DNA of 41,854 nucleotides from a virus (Duplodnaviria > Caudoviricetes), in IMG/VR virus record IMGVR_UViG_3300035135_000663, positions 1 to 41,854 of that record; one strand, written 5' to 3'. The first letter of the stretch is position 1. The number at the start of each line of letters is the position of its first letter. The notes under the pieces are model-generated. The model had not been told where the DNA came from. It made no database searches and saw only the letters and a program-made list of their open reading frames with translations. The position numbers and the translations under genes are program-made. Of the stretch, positions 1 to 9,153 are shown piece by piece.

Positions 1-97
1 ACAGCGTGAGCTTTGCGGGCATTATCACCAGCATGGATATTGCATCCACTGTTGGCGATTTGGTCGTTGCCACCTGCAACTTCGTCACCAGCGGCGC
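1..97. repeat. Terminal direct repeat (left copy), identical to 41758-41854; circular assembly overlap
   Basis: 97-nt exact match ACAGCGTGAG...CAGCGGCGC at both ends; an ORF reads through the join in frame. Confidence 0.97.
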
Positions 98-119
98 CAT
101 CACCTCCAACCTTGAATAA
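1..119 (+). CDS. 3' part of the major tail tube protein (joins 41454-41757)
   Basis: Frame continues ...SVSFAGIITSMDIASTVGDLVVATCNFVTSGAITSNLE*, stop TAA at 117-119. Confidence 0.85.
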   Translation, partial: SVSFAGIITSMDIASTVGDLVVATCNFVTSGAITSNLE

Positions 120-130
120 GGGTTAGGACG

Positions 131-391
131 ATGGCAGAGCGCAAAAAGCGTAAGCGTGGTCCCAACCTTAGTGTTGGCCGTGGCGAGAAGCTGCCTGCTA
201 GTAAAGGTGCTGGCCTGACCGCCAAAGGTCGGGCTAAGTACAACCGGGAAACGGGTTCTAATTTGAAACCGCCGGTTACAGGCAAGCCAAAGACAAAGGA
301 AGAAGCTGCCCGTAAGCGTTCTTTCTGCGCTCGAAGTCGTAATTGGACTGGTGAACGGGGTAAAGCGGCCCGTCGTCGATGGGGCTGTTAA
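131..391 (+). CDS. Small highly basic phage protein (DUF6321-like)
   Basis: 86 aa, K/R-rich, GLTAKGRAKYNRETGSNLK...RKRSFCAR...RRRWGC motif; AGGA upstream. Confidence 0.8.
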   Translation: MAERKKRKRGPNLSVGRGEKLPASKGAGLTAKGRAKYNRETGSNLKPPVTGKPKTKEEAARKRSFCARSRNWTGERGKAARRRWGC

Positions 392-411
392 TAACTCAAC
401 TCTGAGGTGTC

Positions 412-1863
412 ATGACTTACTCCGTTCCTGGTCTCGTTAGAACGCATCTCGTCAGCAGTTCCTACATGGGAAGTGTTGATAGTCCGTTCGTGCGAACAAG
501 GGCTGTGATCGACCAGATGAAGGGCTGGGAGATCATGAAAGCCGTTACAAGCGGGACGGAGTATCTACGCGAAAACTGCGAAACATTTCTGCCTCTAGAG
601 CCTCGTGAGGACTACTCCGCGTATTTATCGCGGGTTAATCGATCGGTTTTTACGCCTTATACGCAACGTCTGCTGCGGGCAGCCGCCGGGTTAATCCTGC
701 GGAAACCAATTAGCGTCCAAGGTGATCCGTATTGGACAGATGTCTTTAACAAGGATGTTGATGGTTGCGGCTCAGATTTAGATGAGTACGCTCGACGACT
801 CTTGATTTGTGCCCTGACATATGGGCACTGTCACACGCTGGTTGACTTTCCTGCGCCTTCGGGGGCGAGAAGTCTTGCAGAGGAGCGTGCTCTTAATCGT
901 CGGCCCTATTGGATTGAGGTGGATCCAACCAACGTCTACGGTTGGCGACTGGACCGCGAATCCAATTACGGAAACCTTACACAAGTTCGGATTGGGGAAA
1001 AGGCAGTAGTCCCTGACGGCGAGTTTGGAGAAAAGGTCTATGACCAAGTACGTGTCATCGAGCCAGGTCGTTATCGCATCTTCCGGCAAGAAGAGCAAAA
1101 GAAAGAGATGCAAGGGCAGTTCCCATATCCCTCTGCATTCGATCAATCCGACGCTACGTCGCAGTACGAGCTGGTTGAGTCAGGCGATTTTTCGCTTGGG
1201 CAGATTCCATTGGTAACGGTCTATGCAAATAAAACCGATACGTTGACCAGTAAGCCCCCGCTACTGGACATTGCTCATCTCAATCTGGCCCACTATCAGC
1301 GGCAAGCGGATCTTATCCACAGCCTCCACATCGCTTCGCAACCGATGCTCGTCCTTGAGGGCTGGGACGATCAAACGAAGGACATGGCTATCAGTGTTAA
1401 TTACGCGATGGCGACCCAGCCGGGTAACAAGGTCTATTACGTGGAGCCTGCGGCAAGCGCGTTTGAAGCGCAATCGGCGGAAATCCAAGAGTTACAGCAG
1501 CAGATGGCGACACTCGGCATCAGCACGCTGAGCCAACAAAAGTTTGTTGCTGAATCTGCTGATGCACGCCGTTTGGATCGGATTGACACCAATTCAATGC
1601 TGTCGATGGTGTCGATGGATCTGGAGTCCGGCTTGCAGAAGGCTTACAACATAGCTGCTGACTACTTGGGCCTTGAGCCGCCTGAGGTTAAGATCAGCCG
1701 TGACTTCGACTTGCAACGTTTGATTGGTCAGGACATTGCAGCGATGGCTCAGCTATTTGAAGACAACGTGATTGACCGTGAAGAGTTCCGCGACATGCTG
1801 GTGCAGGGTGAGATTTTGCCTACCGCAGCAGAGGCTGAAGAGAGCGGTACAGTAGAGGAGTAA
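412..1863 (+). CDS. Portal protein (DUF4055-type)
   Basis: 483 aa; FLPLEPRED..Y..R..RS N-terminus, PPLLDIAHLNLAHYQRQAD motif; lies before scaffold and capsid; GAGG RBS. Confidence 0.9.
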   Translation: MTYSVPGLVRTHLVSSSYMGSVDSPFVRTRAVIDQMKGWEIMKAVTSGTEYLRENCETFLPLEPREDYSAYLSRVNRSVFTPYTQRLLRAAAGLILRKPISVQGDPYWTDVFNKDVDGCGSDLDEYARRLLICALTYGHCHTLVDFPAPSGARSLAEERALNRRPYWIEVDPTNVYGWRLDRESNYGNLTQVRIGEKAVVPDGEFGEKVYDQVRVIEPGRYRIFRQEEQKKEMQGQFPYPSAFDQSDATSQYELVESGDFSLGQIPLVTVYANKTDTLTSKPPLLDIAHLNLAHYQRQADLIHSLHIASQPMLVLEGWDDQTKDMAISVNYAMATQPGNKVYYVEPAASAFEAQSAEIQELQQQMATLGISTLSQQKFVAESADARRLDRIDTNSMLSMVSMDLESGLQKAYNIAADYLGLEPPEVKISRDFDLQRLIGQDIAAMAQLFEDNVIDREEFRDMLVQGEILPTAAEAEESGTVEE

Positions 1864-1877
1864 TAGCTTTCGTTCCC

Positions 1878-1982
1878 ATGGGACTTCGTTTTGAGGAAAT
1901 CAATCCTCCCAAAAAAGAAGAAAAGCCCGCAGAAAAGAAGCCTGCCGCTAAAAAAGCAAAGACAAGTAAGGTAGAAGAGTAA
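1878..1982 (+). CDS. 34-aa Lys/Glu-rich peptide (not in ORF track)
   Basis: MGLRFEEINPPKKEEKPAEKKPAAKKAKTSKVEE* fills the portal-scaffold gap; TACAGT 30 nt upstream. Confidence 0.65.
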   Translation: MGLRFEEINPPKKEEKPAEKKPAAKKAKTSKVEE

Positions 1983-1996
1983 ATTCTTTTCTACTA

Positions 1997-2704
1997 ATGG
2001 AAGAACAAGTCATTCAGGAGACGCCCGTGGCGTCCTCTGAGCAGCCCGTGGCTGAGACTGCAAACACCGTCAACGTTGATGTTTCTGCTTACGAGCAGCA
2101 AATTCAAGCGTTGCAACAGCGTGCCAGCGAAGCTGAAGAAAAATTCCAAGGCATCAAAGGCAAGCTCGACGACGTTTACAAAAAACAAGACGAGCAGCGC
2201 CGCAAAACACTAGAGGATCAAGGCCAGTGGAAGGATCTCTGGGAAGAGGCCAACAAAACTGCTCAGGCCAAAGACCAGCAAATTGCTGAGCTAGAGCAGA
2301 AGCTGGCTGATCTTCGCAGCTCTAATGAGACTGCAGCGATGAAAACGTCTGCGCTGTCTGCCATCAGTCAGTCTGGTGCGATCAACGCTGCACAGATGCT
2401 GCAACTGGTTCAAGGCAACTTAAAAAAAGCAGAGGATGGCAGCGTCAAAGTGCTGAATGGTGGCGTTGAGGAAGACCTCAATGTTTACCTCGCCAAACTG
2501 AAAAACCCTGGCTCTGGCTTCGAACATCATTTCAAGCCAAGTGCTCAAGCTGGCATGGGCGCTAAGCCAACAACTGGAACTGCCGGTGCCTCAGGTGTCG
2601 CTAATCCTTGGGCAGAAGGTAGTATTAACTTAACCAGGCAAATGGCCTTGGAAGCTACCGACCCTGACCTTGCAGCTGTGCTCAAGCGAGAGGCCGGTAA
2701 ATAG
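1997..2704 (+). CDS. Capsid scaffolding protein
   Basis: 235 aa coiled-coil, LEDQGQWKDLWE motif, NPW near C-terminus, directly before major capsid. Confidence 0.85.
   Translation: MEEQVIQETPVASSEQPVAETANTVNVDVSAYEQQIQALQQRASEAEEKFQGIKGKLDDVYKKQDEQRRKTLEDQGQWKDLWEEANKTAQAKDQQIAELEQKLADLRSSNETAAMKTSALSAISQSGAINAAQMLQLVQGNLKKAEDGSVKVLNGGVEEDLNVYLAKLKNPGSGFEHHFKPSAQAGMGAKPTTGTAGASGVANPWAEGSINLTRQMALEATDPDLAAVLKREAGK
2014..2054 (+). promoter_or_regulatory. Twin hairpins with CCGUG loops in scaffold 5' coding region
   Basis: GACGC-CCGTG-GCGTC (2020-2034, extendable to 2014-2040) and CAGC-CCGTG-GCTG (2042-2054). Confidence 0.6.
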
Positions 2705-2740
2705 TCCCCGTGGGACACCACTTCGAGTCCGTGACTTGAA
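2704..2740 (+). promoter_or_regulatory. Twin hairpins with CCGUG loops in capsid leader
   Basis: GTCC-CCGTG-GGAC (2704-2716) and TTCGAGT-CCGTG-ACTTGAA (2722-2740). Confidence 0.65.
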
Positions 2741-2769
2741 ACCCCGCAAACCTCAACCCTGAATAAGAA

Positions 2770-3849
2770 ATGGCCGCACCATTTCAGAATTATTCCGGCG
2801 GTGTCCTTCTGGCGGACATCGTAAAAAGGAATAATCTCAGCACCTATGTGTCTGAGGCAATTAAAGAGCGCAGCTTGTTCATCAAGTCTGGCGCTGTGGT
2901 TCGTAACGCTCTTCTCGATTCACGAGATGGCGGTACTCGCATTCAAGTTCCTGAGTTCAACCCCGTGTCTCCCACTGAGGAGATCATGGACGGTACTGCA
3001 ACTTGGGGCACCAGCTCTGCCGGTTACCTGACTCCTCAAAAGATCGGAACCGGAACCCAGATCGCAACTATCTGTCACCGTGGCTTTGCCTACGCCGTGG
3101 ATGACGTTGCAGTTCTGGCTGCTGGTGAAGATCCCATGCTTCACATCCGTAACCAGCTGGCTGATGCCATCAACAAGCTGAACAGCGCACGTCTGTTCTC
3201 TCAGCTTGCTGGTCTGTTCGGTTCTGCCCTCTCTGGTAACGCTCTGGACAAAGCTGTTGCTGCCGCTTCCGGTGGTGCAGAAGCTAACTTCCTGAGTGCT
3301 GCCAACGTTGCTGAAGCTCGTTCAGTCCTTGGTGAGCGTGGCGAAGAGCTGGACACCCTGATCGTCCACCCCTCCGTCGCTTACTACCTGTATCAGGTAG
3401 GAATGCTGACCTTCTCCACTTCTGCACTGTCTGCTTCTGGCGCGGTGACCTGGGGTGGCGGTGGCGTCGGCATTGGCGCTCGCGAAGTTGGTGAGTTTGC
3501 CGGTATGCGCGTCATTGTTGACACTCAAGTCAACACTGTTGCACCTGGCACCTCCGGCCACCAGCGTGAGTTCTACTGCTACCTGACCAAGTCCGGCACC
3601 ATCCTTGAGGGTGTGCAGCAGGACCTTCGGATTGAAGCTGACCGCAACGTGCTGTCCAAGCAGGACGTGTTGTCTGTTGACTACCACTCCACCTATCACG
3701 TTATGGGTACTAAGTGGAGCAACGCTGCTGACAACCCGACCAATGCCGTTCTGGCTACGTCCGGTAACTGGGCCGCTACCTACGACATTGATCTGATCCC
3801 CATGGTTCAGCTCACCGTCAACAGCCCCCTGGATACCACCACCATCTGA
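2770..3849 (+). CDS. Major capsid protein
   Basis: 359 aa, strong codon bias, FIKSGAVVRN, LTPQKI, AAGEDPM..I..QLA, IEADRNVLS motifs; follows scaffold. Confidence 0.92.
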   Translation: MAAPFQNYSGGVLLADIVKRNNLSTYVSEAIKERSLFIKSGAVVRNALLDSRDGGTRIQVPEFNPVSPTEEIMDGTATWGTSSAGYLTPQKIGTGTQIATICHRGFAYAVDDVAVLAAGEDPMLHIRNQLADAINKLNSARLFSQLAGLFGSALSGNALDKAVAAASGGAEANFLSAANVAEARSVLGERGEELDTLIVHPSVAYYLYQVGMLTFSTSALSASGAVTWGGGGVGIGAREVGEFAGMRVIVDTQVNTVAPGTSGHQREFYCYLTKSGTILEGVQQDLRIEADRNVLSKQDVLSVDYHSTYHVMGTKWSNAADNPTNAVLATSGNWAATYDIDLIPMVQLTVNSPLDTTTI

Positions 3850-3865
3850 TCCTGATCAGAGCAAA

Positions 3866-3897
3866 GGCCCTACCATTAGGTGGGGCCACCTTCTTTT
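3866..3897 (+). terminator. Probable intrinsic terminator after capsid gene
   Basis: GGCCCTACC-ATTA-GGTGGGGCC stem-loop then ACCTTCTTTT. Confidence 0.6.
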
Positions 3898-3903
3898 CGC
3901 GCT

Positions 3904-4434
3904 ATGGCTGCCACGATCAACGCCACACTGAAGAGTGCGACAGCCAACAGCTATGTGACGCTGGCCGAAGCGAACACGTATTTTGAAACCGTCCCAAGCA
4001 GCACGCAGTGGGACAACAAGACTGACGACAAAAAAAATCGTGCATTGATCTCAGCTACCCGCTGGATCGACACGTTGAATTTTTACGGTGATCGTTGCGA
4101 TGAAAGCCAAGCGTTGAGCTGGCCGCGCAACAATTATCACGTAGATCGTGTTGAGCTTACTTGCTCTGCGATTCCAAACGACATTAAATACGCTACTTAT
4201 GAGTTAGCCAACGCACTGGCTAATGACACGGACTCGATTACAGGGACTACCGGCGATACGGGATTGTACGAATCTGTCAAACTCGGAGAGTTGGAGGTCA
4301 AGTACAACACTTCTAGTCAGGCTACTGGAACTGTTAACAACGTATTCGACGTTTATCCTTGGCTTCAGTCTTATCTCGGGGCTTATTGTTTGGGCGGCAG
4401 TGGCTCGTATTCTGTCCGCGTTGTGAGAGGTTGA
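3904..4434 (+). CDS. Head-tail adaptor (DnaT-like family)
   Basis: ANSYVTLAEANTYF, ALISATRWID, QALSWPR, IKYATYELA motifs; ATG 3904 preferred over GTG 3880. Confidence 0.8.
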   Translation: MAATINATLKSATANSYVTLAEANTYFETVPSSTQWDNKTDDKKNRALISATRWIDTLNFYGDRCDESQALSWPRNNYHVDRVELTCSAIPNDIKYATYELANALANDTDSITGTTGDTGLYESVKLGELEVKYNTSSQATGTVNNVFDVYPWLQSYLGAYCLGGSGSYSVRVVRG

Positions 4435-4435
4435 T

Positions 4436-4822
4436 ATGGCTGGAGCACTTGACAAGGTTTTCAAGGAAGCAGCGAAAGCAATCGTTGCTGATCTTGGTGA
4501 CGGCCTAGACACTGAAATCGATTACACCCGCAAGTTTGATGGGACGTATGACACAGCCAAGGGTACGTTTACGACATTCGACCGTCCGTACTTCAATTTG
4601 AAGTGCCCGATTGAGTTTGTTCAGGCAGATCCAGACGAAAACCGTGAGGAGCGTAGAGCCCGTATTTACGTTTCACCTGACCAAATTGGCGGCAATCAGC
4701 CTACGTTTCAGGATGAAATCGTTATTAAATATGCCGGATCTAGTCGCACTACGCAGATTATCGATGTGCGAACCTACAGCGGCGGACAAGAGTACCTGTA
4801 TATCGTCGAGGTCAGGTTCTAA
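4436..4822 (+). CDS. Head closure/stopper protein
   Basis: 128 aa, beta-rich, GTYDTAKG motif, follows adaptor. Confidence 0.65.
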   Translation: MAGALDKVFKEAAKAIVADLGDGLDTEIDYTRKFDGTYDTAKGTFTTFDRPYFNLKCPIEFVQADPDENREERRARIYVSPDQIGGNQPTFQDEIVIKYAGSSRTTQIIDVRTYSGGQEYLYIVEVRF

Positions 4823-5385
4823 TGGCTAAAAAAACAATTTTAAGTGACTTTGAAAACAAATTTTTCGACGATTTTGATAGATTTGTAAAATTTACTTATA
4901 CTCAGCTTTGTACTGACGTCAATTATGGTGGCGTTAGCCCTGCATATACCGGATATTTTGCGTCTAGCTGGCAAGTTGCATCTAGTGGTTACATAAAAAG
5001 AGAAGCTCCAGAGGTCAGTCAAAAAAGACGTTCAAAAGAGTTTCCATGGAGAGAAGTTTATGAAGATAACTGGAGGGCAAGAAACGCTGGAGCACCGTAC
5101 ACCAGGGCAAGAATTGCTCAGGAAGAAGTTCACGAACCGAGCGTAATGAAAAGAACGTTCAGTTTTCGCAAAGTAATCAGAATTGGCAATACCGCTGCGT
5201 ATGCGCCTTACGCTTTAAAAGCAGCCGAAAAAGGAAGTGTTGCGAAGTTTGTTCAAGGTGATTTGAGGAAACTTGTTGATAGATCTTTTGGAGATCGTAG
5301 AGACATGGCAGACCTTCAGGTTCAGACCGGTCCTACCAGGCCTGGCCAACGTTCTTACACTCGTGTTATGAGGGATCGAGACTAA
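4822..5385 (+). CDS. Neck/tail completion protein (HK97 gp10-like)
   Basis: SPAYTGYFASSW and IRIGNTAAYA motifs; position in neck module. Confidence 0.7.
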   Translation: MAKKTILSDFENKFFDDFDRFVKFTYTQLCTDVNYGGVSPAYTGYFASSWQVASSGYIKREAPEVSQKRRSKEFPWREVYEDNWRARNAGAPYTRARIAQEEVHEPSVMKRTFSFRKVIRIGNTAAYAPYALKAAEKGSVAKFVQGDLRKLVDRSFGDRRDMADLQVQTGPTRPGQRSYTRVMRDRD

Positions 5386-5813
5386 TGACGCTTGTAAACG
5401 CTCGTGCTGCTTTTGAAAAAGCTGTAACAGACGCTGTTGCTGCTGCCGATAGCAGTGTTTTGATGGCTTACGACAATGTGGCCTACACAACTCCCGGCAA
5501 AAGTAAAAAGTACGTTTTGATGCGTATAGATTTTGTCCAGTCAACGCTCCAAAACCATGGAGCGGCATCTGACTATTACAGCGGCGTCATTCAGTGCAAT
5601 GTGTACGTCCCACGAAACGCTGGCACGGCAGCGCTTGCAAGCTTGAGTGAAGCGGTCATTGACGGATTGACCTCAGTCAACGCCGCTAACTACACAGATA
5701 CCTTTAACTCTTCGCCACGTGTAAAGGACATAAATGGGCCAAGTCCTATCGAAAGAGATGGGGCTTCTCACTATTTGGCGATTATTTCTTGCCAATTCAC
5801 TGCTGTTGCATAG
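5385..5813 (+). CDS. Tail terminator protein
   Basis: 142 aa; YDNV, GVIQCNVYVPRNAG, ends ISCQFTA; position. Confidence 0.75.
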   Translation: MTLVNARAAFEKAVTDAVAAADSSVLMAYDNVAYTTPGKSKKYVLMRIDFVQSTLQNHGAASDYYSGVIQCNVYVPRNAGTAALASLSEAVIDGLTSVNAANYTDTFNSSPRVKDINGPSPIERDGASHYLAIISCQFTAVA

Positions 5814-5841
5814 TATAGTGCGGTAAGTAAAACTCTTTTGT

Positions 5842-6192
5842 ATGCGTGCTTCCGAGCTGCTGCGGAACAAGTTTGGCGTTAGCCAGCTTTACAAGCACGT
5901 TGTTGAGGACAACGGCGAAGCAGTGCTGGAGGTCTACTGGCACCCGTTGACGATTGCGGAGCGCGAGTCGATCCAAAAAAAGGCTGACGCTGAAGACGCA
6001 AACGACTTTGCGTTGAGCATGATGATTCAAAAAGCTCTCGATGCTGACGGCAAGCGTCTGTTTCAAGATGGCGAGAAGGCTGTCCTGAAAAACGCTGTTG
6101 AAGCATCAGTGCTGCAAGAGATTCAGCTAGCGATGCTGTCTTCTGGCGCGGAAAGCAAGGTGGAGGAAGCGAAAGCAGACCTGAAAAGCTAA
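5842..6192 (+). CDS. Tail assembly chaperone (gpG-like)
   Basis: 116 aa; PLTIAERESI, KALDADGKRLF motif; precedes tape measure. Confidence 0.8.
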   Translation: MRASELLRNKFGVSQLYKHVVEDNGEAVLEVYWHPLTIAERESIQKKADAEDANDFALSMMIQKALDADGKRLFQDGEKAVLKNAVEASVLQEIQLAMLSSGAESKVEEAKADLKS

Positions 6193-6382
6193 TAACGACT
6201 GGCTTTTCATGTTTTTTCTAGCCAAAGAGCTGGGAATGACGTTGGCCCAGTTGACGACTCATCTGACGCAAGAAGAGTTAATTGGCTGGGCGGCTTTCTA
6301 TGAGTTGAAAGCAGATGAAGAGCAACGAACGATGGATCGTGCCAAGACAGGCAGAAGGGCGCAGACAATGAGTGGGCGGTAG
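6185..6382 (+). CDS. Tail assembly chaperone extension (gpT-like), in the +1 frame
   Basis: Open frame KANNDWLFMFFLAKELGMTLAQLTTHLTQEELIGWAAFYELK...SGR*; LA.ELG.T...L...E...W pattern; alternative ATG at 6209. Confidence 0.75.
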   Translation, partial: KANNDWLFMFFLAKELGMTLAQLTTHLTQEELIGWAAFYELKADEEQRTMDRAKTGRRAQTMSGR

Positions 6383-6412
6383 ACTGGAGCGTAGGGTTCT
6401 GCGTTCCAGCCT

Positions 6413-8809
6413 GTGGCCAACTACAACGTAGATATTGACGTTGCAGTCAGAGGCTACAACCGTGTTGAGCAAACCCTTAAAAAGGTTGATCGTTTAATTG
6501 GAACGCCAAGGACACTAGAAATAAGTCCGTTTATAAATGTAAGGAAATTTCAGCGGCAACAGCAAAAAATTATTAGGGAAGCGCGTCGTGCTGGCGTTGA
6601 AGCAGCTGTTGCGTTTCAAGAAGCGTTTGAGCGCGAAGCAAGAATTGCTAGACAAGTTGCTGGTGCAGGCAGCCGAACGTTGCCAGGCACGACAGGTCCG
6701 TTTGGATTGCTTCCTGCTACAGCTGTTGGTCAGTTTCAGAGAGCTGCAGCTGCTGCTCGAAAGATTGATGAATCGTTTGCAAATGCAAAGCGTTCTATAG
6801 ATTCAATTACTAATCGGTTGGCGTTACCGCCTGGTGGTGGGGGGATTGCAGGACTGCTTCCACCTGCTGGTGGAACGGGACAGCGTGGCGGGGCAATCGT
6901 TCCATTTACTACGCCGACTCCGGGAATCAACCCAAATATGTATGCAAGCCCGATTGGGCCAATGGCCGCTCCCGGGTTTACTGTCCCATCAACAATGCAG
7001 GGCGTTGGAAGACGCTTTGGCGGAGCAGTAGCCGCTGGTGCTTTTCCATTGTTATTTGGAGGTGGAATTGGTCAGGCTGCTGGTGGTTTTATAGGCGGCC
7101 TAGGAAGCGGAAAAATGTTTTCGGGTCTTACTGTTGGCCTTCAGGTGCTTGGTGGCTCGCTGGATAAGCTTGCTGCGGATACACAGGCTGTTGCACTTGC
7201 ATCCCGAAACGCTGGAACGGCCCTTCAGTTGATGACTGAACGCAATCTGTTCAGCACAAAAGAAATTCAACGTCGTGCTGAAGAGCTGGCCAAGCTCGGC
7301 AAAGCAGAAGAGTTGGCGAGCCTGCTTACGTCTGAATTAGTAGAAAAACTTGGAGCAGAAGGTTTTGATGCGTTGCAAGACCTTGGTGATGAAACAGATC
7401 GTGTAAATAAACTTTGGAGCGAGCTGACAATTCAGCTTCAAGCTTTAATTGCTGGTCCGTTGTCCGACTTTTTGAGCCTTATTGGTGATCTGTTGCAAGA
7501 ACAGGTGCAGTTCAACAGATTGAATGCACTGCGAAAAGATTTAGCCGGAACAGAGGCAGGCGAAACACTGGAGCAAAGAATTAGAACAATTCAAGGAGAA
7601 GGCGCAAAACTTGAATTGCTTGGCGGTCAAGTAGTAGCAGATCCGTTTGCGGACACCCGAACATCTACAGCTTTGACTGGTGCGTTAGCAGATGAATTGT
7701 TTGAGGAGTTTAAGGGCAATAGGAAAAAGCCAACAAGAAGGTTGGGGCTTGATTTGGGTGGAACAACAAGGTCAGGCAAGACAGATGCACAACGTCTTGC
7801 TGACAGGGTTGCTGCTAGTGAGCGTGTAGCAAAAGCTGTTCAAAGAGAGGCTGATTCACTAGAAATAATCACGGGCCTGCGAGATCGCATGGCGCAGGCA
7901 GAGCTGATTGGCGACAAGCAAACAGCAAATCGTCTTCGTACATCCATTGAGATTGCTCAAATTGAAGAGCGTCGTGATGATGCGCTTGAAAGAATTAACG
8001 CTAAAGAAATTCCCGAAGAGATAAAGCAGAAAGAGCGCCTTGCGCTGAAGAATAAATTCTTGGCGCAGGTCGAGGAAGCACGGGCAGACGGTGCAAGGCG
8101 TTACGCTGAAATTATTCGAGACGAGCAGAACGAAGCGTTAAAAGATCAAGCCGACATTTTGAAGAAAAATTTTGATCTGCAAAAAGAAGAGCTTGAGAAA
8201 GCACAAGCGTTAGCCAAGGGCCTGACCGATATTGTCAGAGATGGCTTTGTTGATGGTATTAAAGCCGCTACAGATGAAACACGCAGCCTGAGTGATGCGC
8301 TAGCCAACATGTTGGATCGGTTGGCGGATAAGTTTTTAAATCTTGCTGCAAATCTTGCCTTCTACGGCAATCCGCAAGGCGATTTAAAGCAAGGGGCGGG
8401 GATTGTTGGATCGTTGCTTGGATCAGTCAGTTCGATTTTTAATCCAGTTTCATCTTTGATTGGGGCGGGCCAAAAGTATGGAGGAATGTCTCCAACTAAA
8501 TTTATACAGATGGGCGGTCCTCCCGCTTTGCCGCCTCTTCCCGGAAAAGCACTCGGCGGAGCGGTTGGAGCAGGAACACCGTATCTAGTTGGCGAAAAAG
8601 GCCCTGAGTTGTTTGTCCCTGGAGCGCAGGGCAACATCATTCCAAACAACGCAATGGGCGGGTCTAACATTGTGGTGAACGTGGATGCTTCTGGATCGTC
8701 TGTCGAAGGCGATTCTGATCAAGCCGCACAACTTGGCAAAATGCTTGGCGCTGCAGTGCAGGCTGAGCTAGTCAAGCAAAAACGTCCTGGTGGTCTCCTC
8801 GCAAGCTGA
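6413..8809 (+). CDS. Tail tape measure protein
   Basis: 798 aa, GTG start, Ala/Gly-rich helical; C-terminal ALGGAV..GTPYLVGEKGPELFVP and KRPGGLL as in lambda-like TMPs. Confidence 0.92.
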   Translation: MANYNVDIDVAVRGYNRVEQTLKKVDRLIGTPRTLEISPFINVRKFQRQQQKIIREARRAGVEAAVAFQEAFEREARIARQVAGAGSRTLPGTTGPFGLLPATAVGQFQRAAAAARKIDESFANAKRSIDSITNRLALPPGGGGIAGLLPPAGGTGQRGGAIVPFTTPTPGINPNMYASPIGPMAAPGFTVPSTMQGVGRRFGGAVAAGAFPLLFGGGIGQAAGGFIGGLGSGKMFSGLTVGLQVLGGSLDKLAADTQAVALASRNAGTALQLMTERNLFSTKEIQRRAEELAKLGKAEELASLLTSELVEKLGAEGFDALQDLGDETDRVNKLWSELTIQLQALIAGPLSDFLSLIGDLLQEQVQFNRLNALRKDLAGTEAGETLEQRIRTIQGEGAKLELLGGQVVADPFADTRTSTALTGALADELFEEFKGNRKKPTRRLGLDLGGTTRSGKTDAQRLADRVAASERVAKAVQREADSLEIITGLRDRMAQAELIGDKQTANRLRTSIEIAQIEERRDDALERINAKEIPEEIKQKERLALKNKFLAQVEEARADGARRYAEIIRDEQNEALKDQADILKKNFDLQKEELEKAQALAKGLTDIVRDGFVDGIKAATDETRSLSDALANMLDRLADKFLNLAANLAFYGNPQGDLKQGAGIVGSLLGSVSSIFNPVSSLIGAGQKYGGMSPTKFIQMGGPPALPPLPGKALGGAVGAGTPYLVGEKGPELFVPGAQGNIIPNNAMGGSNIVVNVDASGSSVEGDSDQAAQLGKMLGAAVQAELVKQKRPGGLLAS

Positions 8810-9153
8810 TGGCTACTTTCCCTTCAATCACGCCGACCTACGGCATTCAGAAAAAAAGTCAGCCAAAGTTCCGCAGGCAGCAGCTGGGTGATGGCTACGA
8901 AAACCGGATTACTTTTGGCCTAAATCAAAACCCAAAGACTTTTGATTTGACTTTTGTGGTATCAGAGGCTGATGCCGACACGATCGAAGATTTCTTAGAC
9001 GCAAGGGCAGCAAACAATATGGAGAGCTTTGACTTCACGCCACCTGGCGAGGCCAGCAGTTCTAAATTTGTTTGTGAAAGCTGGAGCAAGTCGATTCCTT
9101 ACTTAAATCGTGCCACGATCCAAACAACCTTCCGCCAAGTCTTTGAACCGTAA
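8809..9153 (+). CDS. Minor tail protein, lambda gpM-like (distal tail)
   Basis: LGDGYENRITFGLN, FDFTPPGE, TFRQVFEP. Confidence 0.9.
   Translation: MATFPSITPTYGIQKKSQPKFRRQQLGDGYENRITFGLNQNPKTFDLTFVVSEADADTIEDFLDARAANNMESFDFTPPGEASSSKFVCESWSKSIPYLNRATIQTTFRQVFEP

Noticed and set aside
1-97. 97-bp terminal repeat as a biological DTR
   Set aside because: It falls in the middle of the tail-tube ORF, so it is best explained as assembler overlap of a circular contig
3845-3860. TCTGATC-CT-GATCAGA dyad over the capsid stop, suggesting readthrough
   Set aside because: A second in-frame TGA follows two codons later, so there is no useful extension
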